Assembly: GCF_013155295.1 (NCBI RefSeq)
Contig: NZ_JABJXT010000002.1
Span: forward strand, 241,434-305,433
DNA length: 64,000 bases
From: Pseudogemmobacter hezensis
GTDB lineage: Bacteria; Pseudomonadota; Alphaproteobacteria; Rhodobacterales; Rhodobacteraceae
Direction: 5' to 3'
Under the pieces are notes generated by a model. It did not search any database. It was not told where the DNA came from and saw nothing but the letters and a program-made list of their open reading frames with translations. The translations under genes were made by a program, and so were the position numbers. This document shows positions 31,562 through 40,695 of this stretch, one piece after another (positions within the stretch are counted from its first letter, which is position 1; the number at the start of each line of letters is the position of its first letter).

Positions 31562-32440
31562 ATGGATCTGTCACAAATCTCAGGCAGTAACGCCGTCCTG
31601 GTGGCGATTGCCGTTTTTATCATCATCTGCATCTTCCTCGGCGTGCGCATCGTGCCGCAATCGGAAAAGCATGTCGTTGAGCGCTTTGGCCGCCTGAAAT
31701 CGGTGCTGGGGCCGGGCATCAACTTTGTCGTGCCCTTCCTGGACCGCGTTGCCCATCGCGTCTCGGTGCTGGAACGTCAGCTGCCCTCGGCCAGCCAGGA
31801 CGCCATCACCGCCGACAACGTGCTGGTCAAGGTTGAGACCTCGGTCTTTTACCGCGTGACCGAGCCGGAAAAGACCGTCTACCGCATCCGCGACATCGAC
31901 GGCGCCATCGCCACCACCGTCGCCGGGATCGTGCGTTCGGAAATCGGCAAGCTGGAACTGGATCAGGTGCAGTCGAACCGCTCTTCGCTGATCGAGCGCG
32001 TCAAAGAGCAGGTCGCGGCCATGGTCGATGACTGGGGCGTCGAAGTGACCCGCGCCGAGATCCTGGACGTGAACCTGGATGACGCGACCCGCTCGGCCAT
32101 GCTGCAGCAGCTGAACGCCGAACGCGCACGCCGCGCCCAGGTCACCGAGGCCGAGGGCAAAAAGCGCGCCGTCGAACTGCAGGCCGATGCAGAGCTGTAT
32201 CAGGCAGAGCAACAGGCCAAAGCCAAGCGCGTCACCGCCGAGGCAGAGGCCTTTGCAACCGCCGTCATCTCAGCCGCGATTGCCGATAATGGCCTGGCCG
32301 CCGCGCAATATCAGGTGGCGCTGAAACAGGTCGCGGCGCTGGAATCGGTGGCCAAAGGCAATGGCAAGCAAACGATCCTGGTGCCCGCCCAGGCGCTGGA
32401 GGCATTCGGCAACGCATTCAACATGCTGAAAGGGAAGTGA
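31562..32440 (+). CDS. SPFH / band-7 (stomatin-like) membrane protein
   Basis: N-terminal TM helix, an SPFH domain, and a C-terminal coiled-coil rich in A/E/Q. AGGAG Shine-Dalgarno before ATG 31562. Confidence 0.85.
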   Translation: MDLSQISGSNAVLVAIAVFIIICIFLGVRIVPQSEKHVVERFGRLKSVLGPGINFVVPFLDRVAHRVSVLERQLPSASQDAITADNVLVKVETSVFYRVTEPEKTVYRIRDIDGAIATTVAGIVRSEIGKLELDQVQSNRSSLIERVKEQVAAMVDDWGVEVTRAEILDVNLDDATRSAMLQQLNAERARRAQVTEAEGKKRAVELQADAELYQAEQQAKAKRVTAEAEAFATAVISAAIADNGLAAAQYQVALKQVAALESVAKGNGKQTILVPAQALEAFGNAFNMLKGK

Positions 32441-32718
32441 TGGATCAGATCTGGACTGTCTGGTGGAGCTGGGTCGTCCTTGGCCTGGTGCTGGGTGTGG
32501 TTGAGGTCCTGGTGCCCGGCTATATCTTTGTCGGCTTTGCGGTGGGCGCTGTGCTGACCGGGGCGCTGACGGGTCTGGGCATCCTTTCTGGCCTGCCGCT
32601 GATGCTGGCGGTCTTTGCCGTTCTGTCGCTGATCTCCTGGCTGGTGATCCGCAAACTGCTGGGCACCCGCGAGGGCCAGGTCAAGATCTGGGACCGCGAC
32701 ATCAACGACAATCCGTGA
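32437..32718 (+). CDS. NfeD-family membrane protein (partner of the SPFH protein)
   Basis: 93 aa with two TM helices and a short beta-rich C-terminus. Overlaps the SPFH stop by 4 nt. Confidence 0.7.
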   Translation: MMDQIWTVWWSWVVLGLVLGVVEVLVPGYIFVGFAVGAVLTGALTGLGILSGLPLMLAVFAVLSLISWLVIRKLLGTREGQVKIWDRDINDNP

Positions 32719-33215
32719 CGGCGAATCCGCCCGAAAAAACTGGCGGAGAGACGGGCCGCGCCCCGATCTCTGCCTTTACCGGCGCAAAAGCCGCGCTCTT
32801 TCTGTCTGACGGCAGCGGGGCGCGGCTTTTGACATTGCAGCGTGACGTGCATCCAGGCCTGCCCTGGCCCGGCCACTGGGATCTGCCCGGCGGCGGACGT
32901 GAGGGCGACGAGACAGCCGAAGCCTGCCTTTTGCGCGAATTGCATGAGGAATTTGGCCTCAGCCTGTCGCCCGCGCGGCTGGAGCACCGCTTTGTCTTTC
33001 CGGCCATGAACCCCGGGCCCGCCATGAGCGCGCTTCCGGCGGTATTCTTCGCGGGGTGGATCACCGAGGCTGAGATCGCGCAGATCCGCTTTGGCGATGA
33101 AGGCCAGGGCTGGCAGATGATGGCGCTGGCCGATTATCTGGCGCATCCGCTGGCGATCCCGGCACTTTGCACCCGGCTGCGCCATGTTGCGCCATGCCTC
33201 GGGATCAGCCTTTGA
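32715..33215 (+). CDS. NUDIX hydrolase
   Basis: Nudix box 'GHWDLPGGGREGDETAEACLLRELHEEFGL'. Confidence 0.8.
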   Translation: MTANPPEKTGGETGRAPISAFTGAKAALFLSDGSGARLLTLQRDVHPGLPWPGHWDLPGGGREGDETAEACLLRELHEEFGLSLSPARLEHRFVFPAMNPGPAMSALPAVFFAGWITEAEIAQIRFGDEGQGWQMMALADYLAHPLAIPALCTRLRHVAPCLGISL

Positions 33216-34031
33216 TCAGGGATGAAGCCGCGCCATCAACTCTGCATGCAGCGCCGGCGGGGCCGCGACAATACCGTCAGCCCGGGCATCCTGGCGGTTG
33301 AATACCAGGGCCGCGCCGTGGCGGTCGCTGATCACACATCCGGCCGCAGCCGCAATCAGACTGCCCGCCGCCGCGTCCCATTCCCAGGTTGGCCGCAGGC
33401 TTAGCATCGCGTCGGCCCGGCCTTCTGCCGCAAGGCACAGACGATAGGCCAGCGAAGAGCGGAACACCCGTTTCACATCGGGCAGGCCGCCCGGCCATTG
33501 CGCCGGATCAAGATTGGCGCGATTGGTCATCAGGCTGGCCCCGGACAGCGAGGCACGGCTGCTGGCGGAAATCGGCAGCCCGTTGCACAGAGCAGGCCCG
33601 CCAAGGGCGGCGGTATAGGTCAGATCTCGGGCGGGCAGATGCACCACCCCCGCCACCACCCGGCCACGCCGCACCACCGCCAGCGACAGCGCGAACTCTT
33701 TCTCTCCGGCCAGATAGGCGCGGGTGCCGTCAATCGGATCGACGATGAAGACATCCTCATGCGAAAGCCGCGCCAGATCATCCGGGGTTTCCTCGGACAG
33801 CCAGCCATAGCCGGGCCGGGCCGCCATCAGCGTCTCGCGCAGCGCCCGGTCAACCGCCAGATCAGCCTCGGACACCGGGCCTGCATCGCCGGGCTTTTCC
33901 CAGGCCTCAGGCGCGCGCCGCCAATATAGAAGCGCAATCGGCCCGGCAGCGCGGGCCGCCCGTTCCAGCAGGGCCAGGTCTTCGGCATCTGCCGCAGCAG
34001 CGCCGACCGGGGCGCGATCAGGCCCCGGCAA
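33216..34031 (-). CDS. Inositol-monophosphatase-family protein, possibly a 3'(2'),5'-bisphosphate nucleotidase (CysQ-like)
   Basis: 'DPIDGT' and 'WEWDAAAG' metal-binding motifs. Confidence 0.8.
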   Translation of the reverse strand: MPGPDRAPVGAAAADAEDLALLERAARAAGPIALLYWRRAPEAWEKPGDAGPVSEADLAVDRALRETLMAARPGYGWLSEETPDDLARLSHEDVFIVDPIDGTRAYLAGEKEFALSLAVVRRGRVVAGVVHLPARDLTYTAALGGPALCNGLPISASSRASLSGASLMTNRANLDPAQWPGGLPDVKRVFRSSLAYRLCLAAEGRADAMLSLRPTWEWDAAAGSLIAAAAGCVISDRHGAALVFNRQDARADGIVAAPPALHAELMARLHP

Positions 34032-35370
34032 TGGTCATTCCGTCGATCAGGATCGAGGGCACCCGGATCGCCAGATGCGGCCTTGCATCATTGGCCTGCA
34101 CGATCCGCCCCAGCATGTCACGCAGATTGCCCGCGATGGTGCATTCATGCACCGGATGCGAAAGCTGGCCATTCTCGACCCACCAGCCCGAGGCGCCGCG
34201 CGAATAATCCCCGGTGGTCGGATTGATGGTCGAGCCGATCAGCGAGGTAACCAGCAGCCCGGTGCCCATCTGCGCGATCAGATCGTCACGGCTGGCCGCG
34301 CCCGGCGTCAGCTGCAGATTGGTGGTGCCGGGAGAGGGCGGCGCCGAGGGGCCGCGCATCGCATTGGCGGTCGGCGTCATCTTCAGCCGCCGCGCCGTGG
34401 CCAGATCGAGAACCCAGGTGGTCAGCACCCCGTCCTCGACGAAGTTTTTCGCCCGCACCGCCAGCCCCTCGGCGTCAAAGGGGCGCGAGGACGAGGCGCG
34501 GATGCGCAAAGGATCCTCGGTCAGCGACAGGCCCTGGGGCAGCACCGCTTTGCCCAGCAGATCACGCGCCCAGGAGGCCCCGCGCGCCACCGCCTCACCA
34601 TTGATCGCGCCCAGCAGGTGCCCGATCAGCGATGCAGCGATGCGCTCATCATAAAGCACCGGATAGGTGCCGGTCGGTGGTTTGACCGCGCCAAGCCGCG
34701 ACAATGCCCGCTCGGATGCCAGCCGGCCGATACCTTCATCATCGGGAAGATCGGCCGCGAATACACGGGATTCGCCTGCATAATCACGCTCCATCGCGGT
34801 GCCCGCGCCGCAAAAGGACACGATGCTGCGGCTGGACCCGGTGCGGCCATACCCGCCGATAAAGCCATTTGATTGCGCCAGGGCGAGCTCGCGGCGCGAA
34901 AATGTCGCCGAGGCCTCGGCCTGGGTGATGCCGGAAACCGACAGCGCCGAAGCCTCAAGCCGCCGGGCCGCCGCCTCAAGCGCGGCGGCATCCGGATCTG
35001 CACCGGGATCTGCCAGCTCCAGCCCCGCAGCATCGCGGCTGGCGGACAGCTGATCAGGCGTCGCCAGACCGATCGAGGGATCCTCGGGGGCCTCACGCGC
35101 CATGGCGACCGCCCGCTCGGCCAGGGCCTCAATCGTCAGGCGCGAGGTGTCCGAGGCCGAAACACAGGCCTGGCGCTGGCCGATCAGCACGCGCAGGCCA
35201 ATATCGGTGCCCTCGGCGCGTTCGGCCTGTTCCAGCTGCCCCTGACGGATATCAACCGACAGCGCAGTGCCACGCACCGCCAGCGCATCCGCCTGATCCG
35301 CCCCCGCCTTCAGCGCGGCACGCAACAGATCCTGGGCCAGTTCGGCAAGCTGGGGTGCAGACATCGACAA
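34018..35370 (-). CDS. TldD/PmbA-family metalloprotease (PmbA/TldE-like)
   Basis: 450 aa; the N-terminus and overall domain pattern match the PmbA_TldD family. Confidence 0.85.
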   Translation of the reverse strand: MSMSAPQLAELAQDLLRAALKAGADQADALAVRGTALSVDIRQGQLEQAERAEGTDIGLRVLIGQRQACVSASDTSRLTIEALAERAVAMAREAPEDPSIGLATPDQLSASRDAAGLELADPGADPDAAALEAAARRLEASALSVSGITQAEASATFSRRELALAQSNGFIGGYGRTGSSRSIVSFCGAGTAMERDYAGESRVFAADLPDDEGIGRLASERALSRLGAVKPPTGTYPVLYDERIAASLIGHLLGAINGEAVARGASWARDLLGKAVLPQGLSLTEDPLRIRASSSRPFDAEGLAVRAKNFVEDGVLTTWVLDLATARRLKMTPTANAMRGPSAPPSPGTTNLQLTPGAASRDDLIAQMGTGLLVTSLIGSTINPTTGDYSRGASGWWVENGQLSHPVHECTIAGNLRDMLGRIVQANDARPHLAIRVPSILIDGMTIAGA

Positions 35371-35479
35371 TCCTCCGGTAGGGCGGAACAGAGGTAGTCG
35401 TCAGACCGCCCCAGTGCAAGCCATGGCGCAGGGCGATGGCCCCGGGAATAAGGGCGCGGCCGGGCCCTCAGTAAACCCC

Positions 35480-37081
35480 TCAGTAAACCTTGATCCCGTT
35501 CAGATACACGCTTTTGTCCCGGAATTCGATTTCCGAGATCAGGCTGTCGGGGGTTGTCCCCGCCTTCGCAACCGCCATCAGCATCGCCCGAACCCCGGTC
35601 AGATCCGCATCCTCGATGTCGCCCCTTTTGTGCATCAGGTCGATCAGCGCATAGATCCCATTGGCCTGGAAGCTGAGCTTACCCGAGGGCGCGGGCACGC
35701 CCTGGAACCGCGCAAGATCTGTAAAGTCAAAGCTCAGACCACCCTGCCCCTTTGCATCGGCCCCAAAGCCTGCTAGGGCCAGCTCATTGATTTTGAAGCT
35801 GAAGTTATCAAAAGGCAGCTCTGTCGCGCTTGGCTCATAGCCTTTGGCAAGCGCCTCGGGCCGCAACCCGTATTTTCCGGCCAGATCAATGGCCATGGTC
35901 AGCGGGTCACGCGGCAGATCGCGCAGTTCCTCATCAGCCTCCCAGACCTCATCGGGCAGCACGATATTGCGCAGGATATAGGCCACCGACCAATCCTGCG
36001 GGCCACGCCAGCCATTCAGCCCAAGGTTCAGCGAGAACCGATATTCATCGACGCTCATTTCCATGCTGCCATCATGATCGATGGCAACGCCCTCCAGCTG
36101 GCTGAAATCACCAGTGGTCTTCAGGGAAATGCCGGCAAGCTGAAAGCCAAGACCTGTGGCCGCCGCATCGAGGCCCGCATGTGCCCCGGCCTGTGCCACC
36201 GCAAAGCTGACCCTGGCCTCTTCGCCATCTGCATCCTCGATCCGCGCAGCCACCGTCGCCCCGTCAAAGCTGGCGCTTGCCGTCATGCGCAGCCCTGCAT
36301 CCAGAACCGCCGCGATATCGCCAAGGCCGACGACGCCCCCGGCCGACCCATCCTGCAACGCCTGCACCGCCGGAGAGGTCAGCGGAATCGCGCCCGATGC
36401 CGCCAGTTTTGACGGGCCGATATTCAGCGAGACCTCACCCTGCCCATCGGGGGCGCCTGTCAGCTGCACCACGCCATTCAGCGTCGCAAATGACAAAGCG
36501 GCATCCAGCATCGGGGATTCGGCGCCTAAATCCTGCACATAGCGCAGATCGAAACCGCCCAGGGTGGCGGATATTGCAAGCTCACCCTCGGTTTTGGGCA
36601 AGGGCGGCACAATACGGTCAAGCGTCAGCGTGATATCCGGCGAGGCCGCCTGAAACTCAGCCTTCTCGCCCAGGCCCCGCACGATCAGCGTCAGCTCTGG
36701 TGCATCAACGCGGAAAAACACCACCTCAGGCAGGGCGTTATCAGCCGCGCCTGCCCTGGGCGGGGCCTCAAACATCAGCGGGAAGCTGTCGGGCAGGATC
36801 ACGCCGACCGACCCATCAGCCTGGTTGATCAGCCGCACTTTCTCCAGCTGCAGCACCCCGGCTTCGCCGCCCATATCAAGCCGCAGATCCGAGAGAACCA
36901 GCTGATTCCCCTCGCGCGTTTCGGTGGCAGAAAGGGTGCCCCCCGCAACCGCGACACCATCCTGCCAGGCCGCCCATAAGTCCTGTGCCATCACGCCCTG
37001 GGCATGGCCGGTAATCGGTGACAGCACCGACGCAAGAGCCACAGAACCTGCGAAAACGGTGGAACGGAGCGAGCTGGACAT
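35480..37081 (-). CDS. Secreted hypothetical protein (DUF2125-like, common in Rhodobacteraceae)
   Basis: Signal peptide (MSSSLRSTVFAGSVALASVLSPITGHAQG), then a roughly 500-aa Ala/Gly/Leu-rich beta-type domain. DUF assignment from memory only. Confidence 0.55.
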   Translation of the reverse strand: MSSSLRSTVFAGSVALASVLSPITGHAQGVMAQDLWAAWQDGVAVAGGTLSATETREGNQLVLSDLRLDMGGEAGVLQLEKVRLINQADGSVGVILPDSFPLMFEAPPRAGAADNALPEVVFFRVDAPELTLIVRGLGEKAEFQAASPDITLTLDRIVPPLPKTEGELAISATLGGFDLRYVQDLGAESPMLDAALSFATLNGVVQLTGAPDGQGEVSLNIGPSKLAASGAIPLTSPAVQALQDGSAGGVVGLGDIAAVLDAGLRMTASASFDGATVAARIEDADGEEARVSFAVAQAGAHAGLDAAATGLGFQLAGISLKTTGDFSQLEGVAIDHDGSMEMSVDEYRFSLNLGLNGWRGPQDWSVAYILRNIVLPDEVWEADEELRDLPRDPLTMAIDLAGKYGLRPEALAKGYEPSATELPFDNFSFKINELALAGFGADAKGQGGLSFDFTDLARFQGVPAPSGKLSFQANGIYALIDLMHKRGDIEDADLTGVRAMLMAVAKAGTTPDSLISEIEFRDKSVYLNGIKVY

Positions 37082-37300
37082 ATGATTTCGCCTGAACGAT
37101 AGCACACCAACCCGATTTGAGACCCGCGACACTGGCCGGGCCAGTATTTCCAGACGCCGCGACTGGCAGCTTAACTGAACTCTTCGCCGTTCTCAAAGAG
37201 GTGTCAGGTAAGAAATACCCTATACTGCGGCTTTAGCTGTGCCAAATGGCCAGAGCCTGCGGTTCGGGGCGGGGGCCGGGTGCACCCCAATCTTGCACGC

Positions 37301-37365
37301 CGTTTTGACGCTCCCGTTTTGACGCCCCCGTCCTGACGCCACCGCCTTGACGCCCCTGTCTTGCC
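37301..37365. repeat. 14-bp tandem direct repeat, about 4.5 copies, in a divergent promoter region
   Basis: Units: CGTTTTGACGCTCC, CGTTTTGACGCCCC, CGTCCTGACGCCAC, CGCCTTGACGCCCC, then TGTCTTGCC. Read directly from the sequence. Confidence 0.8.
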
Positions 37366-37554
37366 AGGATCGAAAGAAAGCATAGCAAAAGCTGCATAGC
37401 AGGGCCTTTCGTGCGAAATGCTGCGAAACATCATATTGGCCACGGCCCGCCTCTCTGGCCACGGTTGACATATAGGGCACCTGATTCGATTGAGATTTCC
37501 TGAACGCCGCATGAGCAAATGCAAACCAGGCCACCGCAAAACAGGAGCGACAGT

Positions 37555-38169
37555 ATGATTGTCACTGAGGATCAGGGTGCGTTGCGCATCATCCGTCTTG
37601 CGCGGGCCGACAAAGCCAATGCCCTGACCGCTGAAATGCTTGCCGCGATTGCAACGGCGGCGGAAACAGCGGCCGCCAGCGGCATTCAGGTGCTGGTTCT
37701 GACCGGCGAGGGGCGGGTTTTTTCCGCCGGGGCCGATCTGGATGCGGTCGCCAATGGCCTGGGCCAGGACCCGGTGTGGGAGCGGGCCTCGAGCGCGATC
37801 GCAGATTTTCCCGGCCTGACAATCGCTGCGCTGAACGGCACGCTGGCGGGCGGCGCCTTTGGGATCGCGCTGGCCTGCGACATCAGGATCGCCCCGCCCA
37901 GCGCGAATTTCTTCTATCCGGTGATGCGGCTGGGGCACTTGCCGCAGCCCTCGGATCCGGGGCGGCTGTCGGCGCTGATCGGGCCGTCCCGGGCCAGAAT
38001 GATCCTGATGGCGGGCGCCCGCATCAATGCCGAAGAGGCGCTGACCTGGGGGCTGATCGACCGCATCACCACCCCCGGCACCCTGGTTGAAACCGCGCTG
38101 GAACTGGCCGAACATGCGCTTGGGGCCAGGGCGGGCCATGTCGCTGCGATCAAGGCGATGACCAGGTGA
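37555..38169 (+). CDS. Enoyl-CoA hydratase/isomerase (crotonase) family protein
   Basis: 'VLVLTGEGRVFSAGADLDAV' oxyanion-hole motif. AGGAGCG Shine-Dalgarno before ATG 37555. Short for the family at 204 aa. Confidence 0.75.
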   Translation: MIVTEDQGALRIIRLARADKANALTAEMLAAIATAAETAAASGIQVLVLTGEGRVFSAGADLDAVANGLGQDPVWERASSAIADFPGLTIAALNGTLAGGAFGIALACDIRIAPPSANFFYPVMRLGHLPQPSDPGRLSALIGPSRARMILMAGARINAEEALTWGLIDRITTPGTLVETALELAEHALGARAGHVAAIKAMTR

Positions 38170-39344
38170 GCGGCGACAAAGTGAGCCGACCGGACGCGCT
38201 GGTGATCGGGGCCGGCCCCGCCGGGCTGATGGCCGCGGAACAGCTGGCCCGCGCCGGGCGCAAAGTCCTGATATGTGAGGCAAAACCCAGCCCCGCCCGC
38301 AAATTCCTGATGGCAGGAAAATCGGGGCTGAACCTGACCAAAGACGAGCCCCTTGCCCGCTTTCAGGCGCAATACAGCCCACCCGACTGGCTGGCCCCGA
38401 TGCTGGCGGCCTTTGGCCCGACCGAGGTGATGCAGTTCAGCCGTGATCTGGGCCAGGAGGTTTTCACCGGTTCTTCGGGGCGGGTGTTTCCGGTGGCCAT
38501 GAAGGGCTCGCCTTTGGTGCGGGCATGGCTGCTGCGGCTGGCGGAGCTGGGGGTTGAGATCCGCACCCGCTGGCGGCTGAGCGGCCTGGGCGGCGGCGTT
38601 TTCCGCTTTGATACGCCGGATGGCCCGCAGCAGATGCAGCCTGCGGTTTGCGTGCTGGCGCTTGGCGGGGCCAGCTGGCAGCGGCTTGGCTCTGACGGGG
38701 CCTGGGTGCCGTGGCTGCAGGCCGAAAGGGTGCAGATCGCGCCCTGGCAACCTGCGAATATGGGCGTCACCCTGACCTGGTCGCGGCATATGGAAAAGCA
38801 TTTCGGCCAGCCGCTGAAAGGGATCACGCTGACGGCGGCAGATCTGCAAAGCCGGGGCGAGATCGTCATATCCGCCAAAGGGTTAGAGGGCGGCGGCATC
38901 TATCCGCTGGCCCCTGCGCTGCGGAGAGGCGCCCTCCTGCAGATCGACCTGCTGCCGGGGCTGAGCGCGCCAGAGGTGACGCAGCGGCTGGCCCGGATGC
39001 GCAGCTCTGAGACGGTGGTGAACCGCCTGCGCAAGCTGGGCCTTTCGCCTGCAGCGGTGGCGCTGGTGATGGAATGGGGCCGCGCCGATCCGCTGGCCGC
39101 CCCTAAGGCGCTGAACGTGCCCTATAGCGGCCTGCGCCCGCTGGATGAGGCGATCTCGGTCGCGGGCGGGGTGATGCGGGCGGCGCTGACGGACGAGCTG
39201 GAACTGAAGGCCATGCCCGGCACCTATCTGTGCGGCGAGATGCTGGACTGGGAGGCCCCGACCGGCGGCTATCTTTTGACCGGCTGCTTTGCCAGCGGAC
39301 ATTGGGTGGGCCTTGCGGCGGCCAGATACCGGGGCACGCAGTAG
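38166..39344 (+). CDS. NAD(P)/FAD-dependent oxidoreductase (HI0933/BaiN-like flavoprotein)
   Basis: N-terminal dinucleotide-binding motif 'DALVIGAGPAGLMAA'; the length and C-terminus are consistent with the HI0933 family. The start overlaps the upstream stop. Confidence 0.75.
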   Translation: MSGDKVSRPDALVIGAGPAGLMAAEQLARAGRKVLICEAKPSPARKFLMAGKSGLNLTKDEPLARFQAQYSPPDWLAPMLAAFGPTEVMQFSRDLGQEVFTGSSGRVFPVAMKGSPLVRAWLLRLAELGVEIRTRWRLSGLGGGVFRFDTPDGPQQMQPAVCVLALGGASWQRLGSDGAWVPWLQAERVQIAPWQPANMGVTLTWSRHMEKHFGQPLKGITLTAADLQSRGEIVISAKGLEGGGIYPLAPALRRGALLQIDLLPGLSAPEVTQRLARMRSSETVVNRLRKLGLSPAAVALVMEWGRADPLAAPKALNVPYSGLRPLDEAISVAGGVMRAALTDELELKAMPGTYLCGEMLDWEAPTGGYLLTGCFASGHWVGLAAARYRGTQ

Positions 39345-39387
39345 CCGCCAAAAGAAAAGGGGGCGGAAACGCCCCCTTTGCCACCGC

Positions 39388-40467
39388 TTATCGGCTTAGC
39401 CCGCCGGGCAGGTTCGGCAGATCCAGCGCGCCAAATCCGTAGTGTTTCAGCCAGCGCAGGTCGCTTTCAAAGAAGGCCCGCAGGTCGGGGATGCCGTATT
39501 TCAGCATCGCAATCCGGTCGATCCCCATGCCGAAGGCAAAGCCCTGCCATTTGTCGGGATCAATCCCGCCAGCCGCCAGCACCTTGGGGTGCATCATGCC
39601 AGAGCCGAGGATCTCCATCCATTTGTCGCCCTCGCCGATGCGCAGCTGGCCGCCGACATTGGAGTAGCGGATATCGACCTCGGCCGAAGGCTCGGTGAAG
39701 GGGAAGTGGCTGGCACGGAACCGCAGCTCGACCTTATCGACCTCAAAGAAGGCGCGGCAGAACTCTTCCAGCACCCATTTCAGATTGGCCATCGAGATAT
39801 TGCGGTCAATCGCCATCCCCTCGACCTGGTGGAACATCGGCGTATGGGTCTGGTCCATATCCATGCGGTAAACGCGGCCCGGCGCGATCACCCGGATCGG
39901 TGCGCCCTGATCCAGCGCCGCGCGGATCTGCACGGGGCTGGTATGGGTGCGCAGCACATGCGGCGGGCGGTTGTCCCCCTCGGCGCGGTGCATGAAGAAG
40001 GTGTCATGTTCCTGGCGGGCGGGATGTTCGGGCGGAATGTTCAGCGCGTCGAAATTGTGCCAGTCATCCTCGACCTGCGGGCCCTCGGCGACGGAAAAGC
40101 CCATATCGGCGAAGATCGCGGTCAGCTCGTCCATTACCTGGGAAATCGGATGGATCGTGCCCTGACGGCGCGGGCGGCCCGGCAGCGTCACGTCAAGCCA
40201 TTCGGATTTCAGCCGCTCGTCCAGCGCGGCATCGGCCAGCGCGGTTTTGCGGGCGCGAAGGGCGGTGTCGATCTCGGTTTTCAGCTCATTGAGATGGGCG
40301 CCTGCGGCCTTGCGCTCTTCAGGGTCCATCTTGCCGAGCGTCGCCATCATGGCGGAAATCTCGCCCTTTTTGCCAAGCGCGGCGAGACGCACCTCTTCCA
40401 GCGCGGCCTCGTCAGCGGCACCGGCCACGGCTCCGATATATTTGCCACGGATTTCGGTCAGATCCAT
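39388..40467 (-). CDS. pheS: Phenylalanine--tRNA ligase alpha subunit
   Basis: Class II motifs ([22 protein letters not shown]). Start at ATG 40467 (MDLTEIRG). The track's N-terminal extension is an artefact of in-frame leader repeats. Confidence 0.95.
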   Translation of the reverse strand: MDLTEIRGKYIGAVAGAADEAALEEVRLAALGKKGEISAMMATLGKMDPEERKAAGAHLNELKTEIDTALRARKTALADAALDERLKSEWLDVTLPGRPRRQGTIHPISQVMDELTAIFADMGFSVAEGPQVEDDWHNFDALNIPPEHPARQEHDTFFMHRAEGDNRPPHVLRTHTSPVQIRAALDQGAPIRVIAPGRVYRMDMDQTHTPMFHQVEGMAIDRNISMANLKWVLEEFCRAFFEVDKVELRFRASHFPFTEPSAEVDIRYSNVGGQLRIGEGDKWMEILGSGMMHPKVLAAGGIDPDKWQGFAFGMGIDRIAMLKYGIPDLRAFFESDLRWLKHYGFGALDLPNLPGGLSR

Positions 40468-40600
40468 CGGAGCCCCCGGGGTAAGAAACAGCTGAATTGC
40501 CCTGCAGGGACTAGCCGGAAGACCTCTGGGATGCAAGATCAGTCCCTGGGGCCGCCACGGCTGCCCGGCGATGACATCGGGCGGCGGCCCTGCCCCGCCC

Positions 40601-40645
40601 CTGCCTTCCGGGTGCCTGCCTTCCGGGCGCTTGCCTTCCGGGCGC
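40601..40645. repeat. 15-bp tandem repeat, 3 copies, in the pheS leader
   Basis: CTGCCTTCCGGGTGC, CTGCCTTCCGGGCGC, TTGCCTTCCGGGCGC. Read directly from the sequence. Confidence 0.8.
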
Positions 40646-40695
40646 TTTCCCAGCATGTTTCCCATGATTTTCTTATGTTTTACGGATCATTCCGA

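Noticed and set aside
37301-37365. Possible CRISPR array (14-bp tandem repeats), and likewise the 15-bp repeats at 40601-40645
   Set aside because: The repeats are directly adjacent with no spacers, far shorter than CRISPR repeats, and no cas genes are present. These are simple tandem repeats.
40468-40665. N-terminal 66-aa extension of the pheS ORF containing KRPEG repeats
   Set aside because: It is produced by the in-frame 15-bp tandem DNA repeat in the leader. PheS homologues begin at MDLTEIRG (ATG 40467). Treated as leader, not coding.
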